Source of the DNA: an uncultured Candidatus Saccharibacteria bacterium
GTDB lineage: Bacteria; Patescibacteriota; Minisyncoccia; Minisyncoccales; GWA2-46-15
NCBI GenBank assembly: GCA_964437545.1
Contig: CAYTHH010000001.1
Location: forward strand, 14,381 to 78,380
DNA length: 64,000 bases
Reading direction: 5' to 3'
The first letter of the stretch is position 1, and every line of letters starts with the position of its first letter. The notes beneath the pieces are model-generated. The model ran no database searches, was not told the origin of the DNA, and saw only the letters and a list, made by a program, of their open reading frames with translations. This document shows positions 1 to 9,250 of the stretch, one piece after another. Both the position numbers and the translations under genes were made by a program.

Positions 1-651
1 TATTATCTCGTGCCACCAAAGATCTTTATCTTCTTTCCAGGCAATATTATTGCCAGCTCTTTTAACTACAACTACCTTTTCGATTTTAGTATCTGTAATC
101 CCCTGGTCAGCAGCGTTCTTAAGATCAATAACCTGACCTGCTCGATAATAGCCGTCAGTAGTAATCAAAACCTTAGCTTTAGTATCTTGAAGTCTGGCTT
201 TTAAAGCGTGGGGAGAAAAAGCTGAGAAAACAACGCTGTGAACTGCGCCGATTCTAGCGCAAGCAAGCATAGCGATAGCGCTTTCTGGGATCATGGGCAT
301 GTAAACAGCTACCCGATCCCCTTTCTTAACCCCTAATTTTTTAAGCGCATTACCAAAACGACAAACTTCAGTAAATAGTTCTTCGTAAGTAATCTTTTTT
401 GCTTTTTCTCCAACTGGTTCTGGCTCCCAGATTAATGCTATTTTGTTCTTGTCTGAAGCTAAGCTTCGCACAAAGATAGTTTCAGTAATATTTAGCTTTC
501 CATTAACAAACCATTGGAAATAAGGAGGATTATGGAGAAAGGCCTTGTCCCATTTTTTATCCCATGAAATGTCTTCAGCTAATTCTTCCCAAAACTTGAT
601 TGGATCTTGAGATGCTTTCTCGTATATTGATTTGTCTTTTTTTATATTCAT
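1..651 (-). CDS. acs: Acetyl-CoA synthetase, N-terminal part (runs off the window)
   Basis: Manual translation from ATG at 651: MNIKKDKSIYEKASQDPIKFWEELAEDISW...WFVNGKLN...GVKKGDRVAVYMPMIPE...LACARIGAVHSVVFSAFS, typical ACS motifs; not in the ORF track because it is truncated. Confidence 0.9.
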   Translation of the reverse strand, partial: MNIKKDKSIYEKASQDPIKFWEELAEDISWDKKWDKAFLHNPPYFQWFVNGKLNITETIFVRSLASDKNKIALIWEPEPVGEKAKKITYEELFTEVCRFGNALKKLGVKKGDRVAVYMPMIPESAIAMLACARIGAVHSVVFSAFSPHALKARLQDTKAKVLITTDGYYRAGQVIDLKNAADQGITDTKIEKVVVVKRAGNNIAWKEDKDLWWHEII

Positions 652-700
652 GTCCTTATTATACCTTAAAAAAAAGAAATTCCAAATCTAATCTATAATA

Positions 701-728
701 AAAAACCTACTTTTCAAGGTAGGGTTTT
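701..728 (-). terminator. Putative intrinsic terminator after gap
   Basis: Imperfect hairpin aaaaacctac...gtagggtttt with A/T tails just past the gap stop. Confidence 0.55.
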
Positions 729-740
729 TAGTATTAGAGA

Positions 741-1781
741 TTAAGGCTTTCTTCCAATAAATTCCGCTAATTCAGCTAGCCGGCAAGCATAGCCATACTC
801 ATTATCATACCAGGCCACGACTTTAATCAGGTTTTTATCTTTAATATCGGGAACATTCATCACTTCGGTTAAGGGCATATCAACAATGGCTGAAAAGCTG
901 TTGCCAATAATATCAGAAGAGACTAATGGTTCCTGAGAAACACTCATAATTCCCTTCAAACTTCTTTTTGAAGCTTTTTCTAAGGCCTTGTTTACCTCCT
1001 GAACACTGGTCTCTCTTTTAATTTGGGCAACAATTTCTAAAACTGAACCAGACAGAACCGGAACCCTGAAAGCTGATCCGGAAATCTTTTTTGCAAGATT
1101 TGGCAAGACCCTTTCTACGGCCTTGGCAGCTCCAGTTGAGGTGGGAATGATATTTGAAAAAGCAGCCCTCCCCTCTCTTAAATCTTTTTTAGGAGAGTCA
1201 ATTAGGCTTTGTGTTCCGGTAACAGCATGAACGGTGACAAGCTGGACTTTTTCAATCCCAAAATCTTTATCCAGAATTTTTATTACTGGAGCGGCGCAGT
1301 TGGTGGTGCAGGAGCAATTGGCAATGATCCGATGCTTCTTTTGATCATAATCTTTCTCATTAACTCCAAGTACGACCGATAAGTCAGCATCTTTAGAATT
1401 AGCAGAAATGACGACTCTTTTGGCGCCAGCTTCAAGATGCTTGCTAGCCTCTTTATGGCTGGTAAATCTGCCCGTTGCTTCAAGAACAATCTCAACGCCC
1501 AATTCTTCCCAAGGCAGGTTTAAAGGGTCTGATTCAGCAAAAACCAAGATAAGGCTTTCTCCAACCTTAATTGAACCAATAGCTCCCTTGGCCCCTGATC
1601 TTAAGGAGATTTCTTTTCCAAAATCCTTATAAATAGAGTCGTGCTTTAAGAGGTAGGCAATAGTTTCCAGATCAGCCAAATCATTAATCGCCACTACCTG
1701 AAGATCTGGAATGTATTCAAGAATTCTTCTCAGGGTTAGCCGGCCGATTCGGCCGAAACCATTGATAGCTATTCTTGTCAT
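741..1781 (-). CDS. gap: Type I glyceraldehyde-3-phosphate dehydrogenase
   Basis: INGFGRIGR, catalytic SCTTNC, WYDNEYGY. Confidence 0.97.
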   Translation of the reverse strand: MTRIAINGFGRIGRLTLRRILEYIPDLQVVAINDLADLETIAYLLKHDSIYKDFGKEISLRSGAKGAIGSIKVGESLILVFAESDPLNLPWEELGVEIVLEATGRFTSHKEASKHLEAGAKRVVISANSKDADLSVVLGVNEKDYDQKKHRIIANCSCTTNCAAPVIKILDKDFGIEKVQLVTVHAVTGTQSLIDSPKKDLREGRAAFSNIIPTSTGAAKAVERVLPNLAKKISGSAFRVPVLSGSVLEIVAQIKRETSVQEVNKALEKASKRSLKGIMSVSQEPLVSSDIIGNSFSAIVDMPLTEVMNVPDIKDKNLIKVVAWYDNEYGYACRLAELAEFIGRKP

Positions 1782-1847
1782 GGATTTTAAGTTAATTGCT
1801 TATCTTGGATCAATAAAAGGAAAAATACATTGGTAGAGAAAAAAACT

Positions 1848-2105
1848 TCATTCTTTGATGTCGAGAAGTTGACAGATTTTTTCTCTGTCAAAACCGACCA
1901 CCCATTGGTCATCAACATTAAAAACCGGAACGCCAAATTGCTCAGTTTTTTTAACCATTTCCTCAAGAGCTTTTTCATCCTTGGAAACGTCAATGTCTTC
2001 AAACTCAAAGCCTTTTTCTTTTAGAAACTCTTTTAGAGTAACGCAGTAGGGGCAAGTTGGAGTGCTGAAAATGCGAATTTTAAAGTTTTTTAATTCTTCT
2101 GTCAT
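1848..2105 (-). CDS. Glutaredoxin / NrdH-like redoxin
   Basis: CPYC active site, GVPV cis-Pro, VVGFD. Confidence 0.9.
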   Translation of the reverse strand: MTEELKNFKIRIFSTPTCPYCVTLKEFLKEKGFEFEDIDVSKDEKALEEMVKKTEQFGVPVFNVDDQWVVGFDREKICQLLDIKE

Positions 2106-2221
2106 TGGTTTTTATTTTTTTATAACAGTTAGTAAACTGATATATCATACTCGCTATAGCAGGTATATCTATTCGCTGTTAGATTATTAAATACATTGAC
2201 TGAGAAAACAGCTAGAGGATG

Positions 2222-3217
2222 TTATTGTTCACAGCTAGCATCTCCGGTGCCGGTGGTAATTCCAGCTCCAATCCCGGCCTCAGGGATATCAGTTGAAAGA
2301 ACTTGGGAGCATTCTGCCGGTGGATTATTAAAGGCTTTACAGATTAGGTTTTTGAAGGCTTCTGGCGAACGTTCATTGGCGGCCACTTCCTGATCATTAA
2401 TAATTGTTGTTGGCGATCCCTGGATACTATACTGTTCATTTAATGGCTGGTGAATACCAAACTTAGGATATTGCCCGTTCATCCAGGTGCTTTGATCGTT
2501 ATACTGCTCGGTAATATTGAATTGGTTGTCAGTTGAAGCAATGCATTCAGAAAGTTCATTTTGATTAATATTGGTCTGACTCAGACAAGAATCAACCTCT
2601 CCGGTTTTACTAAAGCAATCTAAATATTCGGCAAACTCTTCTTTGCTTTGATTTTGGATGCAGTATTGTCTTAAATTTTCATCTATTTCCGGTTTGTCAT
2701 GCATAATATAGTCAACAAAATAAATTCCAAAGTCAGCCTTGTCTTTTAAAAGCTGGTAAACCGGTAAGTAAACTTTTTCCATTTGCAATCCATAAGAACA
2801 ATAACTCATGACAAAAAGCTTGATATCTGGTCTGTCTGCTTTTGGCGGTTCTTGTTCTTGAATTTGGCTTTCAGGGGTTTCAACTGGGGTCATTTCAAAG
2901 GCAGCAGTAAACAGAAACTGGCCGTCTTTAGAAACATAAACATCTGGTTCATCGGCGCCGATTTTAATTTTGACCTTATAGACCGTGCCCTCATTAGTAA
3001 CTTCCACTAAGCTGGCAGTAGTTCCCGGCGGCAATAAATTAGCGTTAATATAATCAATCGCTGCTTTTCCTAACTTATCTGCCTTAGAAGTGATTGATAG
3101 AATTGGCAGATTAATGTTTCCCTGGCGAGCTTGCCAAAAAACAAAAAGGCCTCCAGCCACGACGATAACTAAGGCGACAGCAATAATGTATTTTATTTTC
3201 TTATTCATTTTATACAT
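2222..3217 (-). CDS. Membrane-anchored thioredoxin-fold (DsbA/DsbC-like) protein
   Basis: N-terminal TM, FVMSYCSYG single-Cys motif, QGSPT cis-Pro loop, several extra Cys; directly upstream of the glutaredoxin. Confidence 0.6.
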   Translation of the reverse strand: MYKMNKKIKYIIAVALVIVVAGGLFVFWQARQGNINLPILSITSKADKLGKAAIDYINANLLPPGTTASLVEVTNEGTVYKVKIKIGADEPDVYVSKDGQFLFTAAFEMTPVETPESQIQEQEPPKADRPDIKLFVMSYCSYGLQMEKVYLPVYQLLKDKADFGIYFVDYIMHDKPEIDENLRQYCIQNQSKEEFAEYLDCFSKTGEVDSCLSQTNINQNELSECIASTDNQFNITEQYNDQSTWMNGQYPKFGIHQPLNEQYSIQGSPTTIINDQEVAANERSPEAFKNLICKAFNNPPAECSQVLSTDIPEAGIGAGITTGTGDASCEQ

Positions 3218-3355
3218 TTTAATCCTGTTAAATAATTAATTCCGGGCAATCAGACTCAGGATTGACGCCATGACACCCAAGCTTTTTATTTCTCTATTCG
3301 ACTATATAAATAAATACTATTTTTTTGTTCTTTTATCAAGTCTTAAAATACAGAA

Positions 3356-4033
3356 CTAGAGGATTTTTTTAGTTTTCATTGCTAAAACATTATCAAATTC
3401 ATATTCTATTAAGCCGGCATAAGGAATTTCTAGATCAACAATATTATTATTAGAGATCTTTTCAAGATATTTTACAATTGATCTTAAAGAATTATGGCTG
3501 GCTACGATTAAAACATTTTCACCTTGGCTTAAATCTTTTTCAACGTATTTGCGGTAAAAAGGAATAACTCTTTTATAGACGCCAGCCAGGCTTTCACCGC
3601 CTGGCGGAGCAATATTATAACTTCTTCGCCAAAGTTGGACCTTTTCTTTCCCGTATTTTTTCATCATTTTGACCTTGTTTTCTCCCTGAAGTTTTCCGTA
3701 ATATCTCTCGTTTAGATTTTCAGTGACAAAAACAGGAATGTCATCGGTTGAAATGTCAGTGAAATTCCCCCACTCTCTCATTTTTCCCTTGTCCAAATGA
3801 ACAAAAATAGGATATTTTTTATTATTGCTCTCAAGAATTCTAGCAACTGTATCTTTATTTCTAAATAAAGGCGAAGAGTAGATTTTATTAATTTTAAATA
3901 AAGGAATTCTTTTGGCCAGTTCTTTGGCTTTTTGGACTTCTTTTCTGTCTAAAGGAACATCTATCCATCCCGTAAACCTGTTTTCTTTGTTCCATTGAGA
4001 TTTAATATGCCTTAATAAAAATAATTTTGCCAT
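3356..4033 (-). CDS. gpmA: 2,3-BPG-dependent phosphoglycerate mutase
   Basis: LLRH..SQWN..NRFTGWID, LNERYYG.LQG, ASHNSLR. Confidence 0.9.
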   Translation of the reverse strand: MAKLFLLRHIKSQWNKENRFTGWIDVPLDRKEVQKAKELAKRIPLFKINKIYSSPLFRNKDTVARILESNNKKYPIFVHLDKGKMREWGNFTDISTDDIPVFVTENLNERYYGKLQGENKVKMMKKYGKEKVQLWRRSYNIAPPGGESLAGVYKRVIPFYRKYVEKDLSQGENVLIVASHNSLRSIVKYLEKISNNNIVDLEIPYAGLIEYEFDNVLAMKTKKIL

Positions 4034-4138
4034 TTGATTTTATACTTTATATTTTATTGTACCGCATTGAGGGAAAAGAACAAGAAAGGCCATCGACAAA
4101 ACAAAAAGGAGCTAAGATCCTTAAGGTTATAGAAATCA

Positions 4139-4167
4139 TTGACAAAATGAAAGTATTATGTTAGAAT
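4139..4167 (+). promoter_or_regulatory. Sigma70-type promoter for the 4237 ORF
   Basis: TTGACA-17 nt-TAGAAT with TG extension; AGGAG SD before the ATG. Confidence 0.7.
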
Positions 4168-4236
4168 AAACACATTAAGTTCATTTTATCGTCCCCTGAC
4201 TCGAATAGAGCCGGAGGACAAAAAAGGAGAAATATC

Positions 4237-4869
4237 ATGTTTGATGTTAAAGAGCCCGGGTGGATTATGATACCAGTATTATTGGTTCTACTGGGCTGCT
4301 GCTGTTGCTCTACATTCTTTATGGCAGTAGTGGCACAAAAAAACTTGTCAAGCCGCGTAAATGCTGTAATAAGCTCGATTGCCGAGTCTGAGCCGGCTCC
4401 GGCCGAGCCAGCTGTGACAGAAGAGCCGACTAGCCCAATTGATCCTTTGCCATTAGCAGCGGCAACGGGTCAGTACGAAATTGTCGATGCCAAAGGAAAA
4501 AATCCCGTTGGCACGATCGACTATTCCACCGCCTACACTTGTGTGGGTGGATGCGGATCTTATTCAGCGAAAATCACGCTAAAAAATATCCGTATAGTTG
4601 ATGACAGTTCTTTCGTCCTTGATCTCGAGGTAGAGGTGTTAGAGGTCAAGGGAGATCCATGGCTCTTGTCGCCGAAACTTGAAGAGGTTTCGGTCATAAT
4701 AAACGACCAGAACTTTAAGGCGACTGGATCCAGTTTTTCCGCAATTGCCATTGCGGGGACGCAAATTGGATTCTTGACAATAGCGGGAGCAATTCCCGCG
4801 GACGCAAATTATTTGCGTCTTCAGATTCTTTATCATCTCAGTGAGCCGCTTGAGGGGCGGCTTAAATGA
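4237..4869 (+). CDS. Hypothetical membrane-anchored protein (TM segment with CCCC, Pro/Ala/Glu linker)
   Basis: 210-aa ORF with own promoter and SD; visibly more GC-rich than neighbours. Confidence 0.7.
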   Translation: MFDVKEPGWIMIPVLLVLLGCCCCSTFFMAVVAQKNLSSRVNAVISSIAESEPAPAEPAVTEEPTSPIDPLPLAAATGQYEIVDAKGKNPVGTIDYSTAYTCVGGCGSYSAKITLKNIRIVDDSSFVLDLEVEVLEVKGDPWLLSPKLEEVSVIINDQNFKATGSSFSAIAIAGTQIGFLTIAGAIPADANYLRLQILYHLSEPLEGRLK

Positions 4870-4870
4870 G

Positions 4871-4904
4871 AAAAAAGGCACCTTTGGAAACTTGGGTGCC
4901 TTTT
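4871..4904. terminator. Bidirectional terminator
   Basis: aaaaaaggcacc...ggtgcctttt between convergent ORFs. Confidence 0.7.
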
Positions 4905-4905
4905 A

Positions 4906-5280
4906 TTATTCTACTGGCAGATTCCCGGGAGGCTCTGGCTCTTTTGGAGATAGCATTATCGGTTCTGGCTCTAAGGGCAGAGAAACGGGTTCTGGTTTTA
5001 ATAATGGTGGTTCGACGACTATTGGTTCTGGAGCTGGAATTGGAATATCTGGCTCAGGGCTAGGTTTAGGAACAGGCGGTATTATCGGTTCTTTTGGTTG
5101 GGCTATTATTGGTTCTGGAGCTGATTGGGTAGGGGTTACCGGTAAAATCTGTTCTAGCTGATCTTCTTCAATCTTAGGCAAAGAGGGTTTAATGGTTAGT
5201 TTTCTTTGCTTTCTTCGAAAGCGCTGAAAACCAAAAACTGCCAGAGAAACAGTTAATAATATTAAGAAAAAAAGTGTCAT
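4906..5280 (-). CDS. Hypothetical protein, N-terminal TM and Pro/Glu-rich tail
   Basis: TM followed by a basic patch and PEP-rich repeats; co-oriented with murC. Confidence 0.65.
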   Translation of the reverse strand: MTLFFLILLTVSLAVFGFQRFRRKQRKLTIKPSLPKIEEDQLEQILPVTPTQSAPEPIIAQPKEPIIPPVPKPSPEPDIPIPAPEPIVVEPPLLKPEPVSLPLEPEPIMLSPKEPEPPGNLPVE

Positions 5281-5294
5281 TATTTTATCTTTTG

Positions 5295-5319
5295 TCTAAA
5301 GGAGCTTAGCTCCTTTAGA
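5295..5319. repeat. REP-like palindrome, GAGC-TTA-GCTC family
   Basis: tctaaaggagc tta gctcctttaga; related copies at 35391, 35556, 51438, degenerate at 4103. Confidence 0.75.
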
Positions 5320-5335
5320 TTTGAAAATTACTATC

Positions 5336-6760
5336 TTATTTAATTTTCGCTTTTCTTTGCTTTTCTGTCAATAATTCTTCTAAATTATAAACATTCCCAG
5401 CCCCCATTATTATTAGAATTTCATTGCTTTTTAGATTTTTTTTCAGGTATTGCGTTGTTTCTTTGAGTGTCGGGATATACAGTGTTTTTGTATTTTGTAT
5501 CTTGTATTTAGTATTCTGTTTTTTTGAGATGGCCGAAACCAGTTTTTTAGAGCTAACTTTCTTTTTTAATTCAGCGCTTTCCCGGCCTGAAACGCTATAA
5601 ATATCAGTTAAAATAAGCTGGTCAATTTGAGCTTTAGCTAAAACTTTGACAAAATCTTTGAATAAGTAAAAGGTTCTTTGGTATTGGTGAGGCTGGTAAA
5701 CACAAGTGATCTTTTGTTTGGGGTATTTTTGCCTGGCAGCTTTTAAAGTAACTTCAATCTCGGTTGGGTGATGGGCATAGTCATTGATGAGATTAATTGT
5801 TTTCCCATTCGCTCCGCTTATTTTAATCTTTTTCTGCTCAAATCTTCGCCAAGCTCCCTGATATTCAGATAAAGCTTTAAAAGAAACTTTGTCTTTTATC
5901 TTTAGAATTCTAGCTAAAGTTAAAGCCGCTAAGGCATCGGCTAGGATGTGGTTACCGGGCAGTTTTAGGATTTGTTTCAGCTCGATAATGTCTTTTTGCG
6001 CGGTTGGGTAAAATTTAGTCTGGTATTTTGTTTCTGGTATTTTGTATTTATCATTTAATGTTTTCTTTGTGTTAACATCCTTTTTATTTGCGATCAAGGT
6101 GCCATTTTTCGGCAAGTGGTTAATGAATTTTCTAAATGTTTTAATGATATTTGTAAGGTTTTTAAAATAGTCTAAGTGGTCTTTATCAATGCAGGTTAAG
6201 ACAATGATTGTTGGGCAGTAATTTAAAAAAGAACTTTTGTATTCGTCAGCTTCAATAACGAGTATCTTGTATTTAGTATTTTGTATCTTGTATCCGAATT
6301 TTTTACCAAGGCGGAAATTACTATTACCGAATTCTTTTAATTTAGTGCCGATGATCACGGTTGGATCCAGTTTGGCTTTGATTAAGATTAAAGAGATCAT
6401 TGCTGTAGTTGTTCCTTTGCCATGAGTGCCGGCAACGGCAATAGTAAAATGGTCTTTAGTCAGCTGGCCTAAGTTCTCTGGATAGCTTTGACAGGGAATA
6501 TTTTCTTTAAAGGCCATTACAAGCTCAGGGTTATCATTAGTGATGGCTGGGCTATAAACGACTAAATTGGTATCTTTGGGAAGATTTTGTGATTGATGTT
6601 TGCCAATATTAATTTTAGTCCCTAATTTTTCTAAGGATTTAGTGATTTCAGATTCAGTTAAATCTGATCCAGAGACTTGATGGCTTTCTGCCTGTGAAAG
6701 ATAATATCTGGCCAGAGCCGAAACCCCGATCCCGCCAATGCCGATAAAATGTATTTTCAT
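5336..6760 (-). CDS. murC: UDP-N-acetylmuramate--L-alanine ligase
   Basis: IHFIGIGGIGVSALA, AGTHGKGTTT, EADE, DYAHHPTE, QPH, MGAG. Confidence 0.95.
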   Translation of the reverse strand: MKIHFIGIGGIGVSALARYYLSQAESHQVSGSDLTESEITKSLEKLGTKINIGKHQSQNLPKDTNLVVYSPAITNDNPELVMAFKENIPCQSYPENLGQLTKDHFTIAVAGTHGKGTTTAMISLILIKAKLDPTVIIGTKLKEFGNSNFRLGKKFGYKIQNTKYKILVIEADEYKSSFLNYCPTIIVLTCIDKDHLDYFKNLTNIIKTFRKFINHLPKNGTLIANKKDVNTKKTLNDKYKIPETKYQTKFYPTAQKDIIELKQILKLPGNHILADALAALTLARILKIKDKVSFKALSEYQGAWRRFEQKKIKISGANGKTINLINDYAHHPTEIEVTLKAARQKYPKQKITCVYQPHQYQRTFYLFKDFVKVLAKAQIDQLILTDIYSVSGRESAELKKKVSSKKLVSAISKKQNTKYKIQNTKTLYIPTLKETTQYLKKNLKSNEILIIMGAGNVYNLEELLTEKQRKAKIK

Positions 6761-6795
6761 CTTATGGGAAGTTCAATGAAAAAGGTTGAACCCTT
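6708..6795. repeat. 88-bp direct repeat, copy 1 (kinase 3' end plus murC start)
   Basis: Identical to 10145-10232 by direct comparison. Confidence 0.95.
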
Positions 6796-8337
6796 GTTCG
6801 TACCTCTTGATTCAAACCAAACTTTGCCTTGGTGCATTTCAATAAACTTTTTAGCTACACAAAGTCCCAATCCTACCCCTTCGGTCCATAAAAGAGAACC
6901 CTTTTTACCTCGGGAAAAACTCTTGATTTGCTCCAAATCTTCTTCTTCCAAGCCAATTCCCGTATCTTTAACCTTAATAATTATATTTTTTTGGCTTTTT
7001 TCTATGCTAATGACAATACCGCCGTCTTTAGTGTAGTGGATAGCATTATCAACCAAATTCAAGATAGTTTGGCTAATTTTTTCCTTATCAACAATTATTT
7101 CCGGAATTATTTCTTTTGGTTTTTTAAACTTTAAGTAAAGGTTTTTTTCTTTAGCCCTTATCTTCATTGTTGTAACAATATTCACGATAATTTTTTCAAT
7201 CGAGGATTTTTCTAAATCAAGTTTGATTTTATTACTCTCAATCCTAGAGACATTAAGAAGGTGGTTGACCATGGTGATTAGTCTTTCATTTGCCTGGTAA
7301 ATATTTTTTAGAGGGGCTTTGGCCTTATCTTCAATATTGCCGTAAGTATTCTCCAATAAAAGAGATATATAACCTTTAATGGCTGATAAGGGGGTTCTTA
7401 ATTGATGAGAAGCAATGGAAATGAATTCGGACTTTGATTCATCAAGCTTTTTTAATTCTTCATATGCCAACTCAAGTTTTTTCCGATAGTCAATTTCGTT
7501 AATGACACTTCTGATTAAAAAATACCCAAAAAGTAGAAATAATAAAAAGGCAAACAAACTAACTACTCTCAGAGCAGAAAAAGAAAGAATTACTTCGGTG
7601 AGAAGAATAATTCCCATAATTCCGACGAAAAACTCAGATGCCAAAACCTTTATATCGAAAAGATAGTATTTTGAAATTGAATAAGCAGTAATTCCGCTGA
7701 AAATTATTGTTGCCAGCGGTCCGTAATAAGCAGTCTGCTGAACCCCAAAAAGCGGTAAGAGAATATTACTTAAAAAACCAAGAAAAAGAGCAGAAGAGAT
7801 TCCTCCTATAAAATAAATCAATTGGTATTTTTCCAATTTATTCGTAATTCTTTTGAGTTTTTTTGAAATTAAATAAATTCCTCCTCCAGCGAAAACAAGA
7901 TAATGAAGAATATAAAGAGAATAAAATGTTCCATAGATAGTTTCTCTTTCAGCCGGTCCAGTGATAATTTCCGCTTTATCTACTAGGGGCGTAAAAAGAG
8001 TTAATGCAAAAAAGACTATCATCCACAAAGAAATAGCCCAAAGTAACTTTTTAGATACTTTAAATGTTTCACTTGGAAAAATTAGAGAAAATTTTAAAAG
8101 ATAAAAAAGCATTACTAAAACGATTGCAAAATTGAATCTTCCTATCCAAAGAATTATTATCGGAGACTCAATGATATAAAAAAACAATAAAGAGACTTGC
8201 CATCCGATTACCGACAAAATGAGAGCAAAGAAGGTAGAGTTTATTTTTTCTTTAGTGTTTCTGAGTAAAACAAAAAACCCGAGTAAAAAATTGCCAGCAA
8301 TTGAAATTAAATAAAAAGCTAAAGTTAATTCGGACAT
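6757..8337 (-). CDS. Sensor histidine kinase with N-terminal multi-TM (HisKA_7TM-like) domain, HK2
   Basis: About 8 TM segments, H-box SHQLRTPL, N-box NLVDNAI, G1 DTGIG, G2 GVGLGL. Confidence 0.93.
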   Translation of the reverse strand: MSELTLAFYLISIAGNFLLGFFVLLRNTKEKINSTFFALILSVIGWQVSLLFFYIIESPIIILWIGRFNFAIVLVMLFYLLKFSLIFPSETFKVSKKLLWAISLWMIVFFALTLFTPLVDKAEIITGPAERETIYGTFYSLYILHYLVFAGGGIYLISKKLKRITNKLEKYQLIYFIGGISSALFLGFLSNILLPLFGVQQTAYYGPLATIIFSGITAYSISKYYLFDIKVLASEFFVGIMGIILLTEVILSFSALRVVSLFAFLLFLLFGYFLIRSVINEIDYRKKLELAYEELKKLDESKSEFISIASHQLRTPLSAIKGYISLLLENTYGNIEDKAKAPLKNIYQANERLITMVNHLLNVSRIESNKIKLDLEKSSIEKIIVNIVTTMKIRAKEKNLYLKFKKPKEIIPEIIVDKEKISQTILNLVDNAIHYTKDGGIVISIEKSQKNIIIKVKDTGIGLEEEDLEQIKSFSRGKKGSLLWTEGVGLGLCVAKKFIEMHQGKVWFESRGTNKGSTFFIELPIR

Positions 8338-8340
8338 TAA

Positions 8341-9180
8341 TTAAGCCTTAAAATATTTTGCCTTTAAGGAAACCCATTCTTTCAAGTTTAGATTGGGTAG
8401 ATTTTCAGCGTAAGCGTTTTTGGCTAAGTGAAAATATGGCATGGCTACTAAAGCGCAGCCAATATCTCCTGCTTTTATTTCTTCGGCAATTAAATCAATA
8501 AAGATCTCTTTAAATTTTACATTCTGGTTTTTAGAAATTTCTAAAACGCTATGTAAAGAATTTAAACTTATCTTTTGTCTGGCTGAGGTGCTGATACCCT
8601 CTAAACTTAGAATTTGACCGACATCTTCCATTAAAAGACAGGCATATTTACTGCGATCTTCAGGAATACCAATAGCCAGAGTAGTGTAGAGTGCGGTTGG
8701 GCCAGGGGCGAATTGGAATCTGCCGGCGCAAGGTACGTGCGAACCAGGCAACAAGGGAAAATGCTTCTCGTCTCTGGTTCCGAAAAGGGCTAATGATGCT
8801 TTTCTTAGGTTTTCACCGTTTCTAATGGTTATGCCATCAAAATCTTTGCCTAAAGATTTTGGTGAAAGATACTGGGGGAGCTCAATTTCATCAGTTCTGG
8901 CCAAGTCATAACCCCAAATCAAGCCACGGGAGCCGATAAAAGAAGAAACAATTATCATATTAATCTGACCGATAAAAGTTCCGTTGATTTCGGCGCGGTC
9001 ATAAGCGATAATTGAATCCAGCACTTTTGAGCCAACATGACTGAAGGTTTCCCTTGAGATGCCAATACTTAAAACTGGAGCGGTGATGTAACCGTTTTCA
9101 TAGGGATAGCCAATACAGTGATTATCATATGGGCTAAGAGAGGAACTGAGTATTTTATCCTTTAAAAATAGTGGTTCCAT
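8341..9180 (-). CDS. hdcA: Pyruvoyl-dependent histidine decarboxylase proenzyme (HdcA family)
   Basis: AYDRAE...IGQINMIIVSSF.G..G...GYD matches the Gram-positive HdcA signature with the Ser-Ser cleavage site (S79-S80); LMEDVG matches the catalytic Glu motif. Confidence 0.82.
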   Translation of the reverse strand: MEPLFLKDKILSSSLSPYDNHCIGYPYENGYITAPVLSIGISRETFSHVGSKVLDSIIAYDRAEINGTFIGQINMIIVSSFIGSRGLIWGYDLARTDEIELPQYLSPKSLGKDFDGITIRNGENLRKASLALFGTRDEKHFPLLPGSHVPCAGRFQFAPGPTALYTTLAIGIPEDRSKYACLLMEDVGQILSLEGISTSARQKISLNSLHSVLEISKNQNVKFKEIFIDLIAEEIKAGDIGCALVAMPYFHLAKNAYAENLPNLNLKEWVSLKAKYFKA

Positions 9181-9250
9181 ATTCCATTATTTTACAACAC
9201 TTATTATCAAAATGCAAAGACTCCACCTTGTTTGGCGGAGCCCTTATGTT

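Noticed and set aside
455-467. GAAGC-TAA-GCTTC inside acs as another in-frame REP insertion
   Set aside because: Only a 5-bp stem, could be chance, and cannot be supported without an orthologue alignment.
4841-5161. Gly-rich plus-strand ORF
   Set aside because: Antisense shadow of the Pro-rich minus-strand gene.
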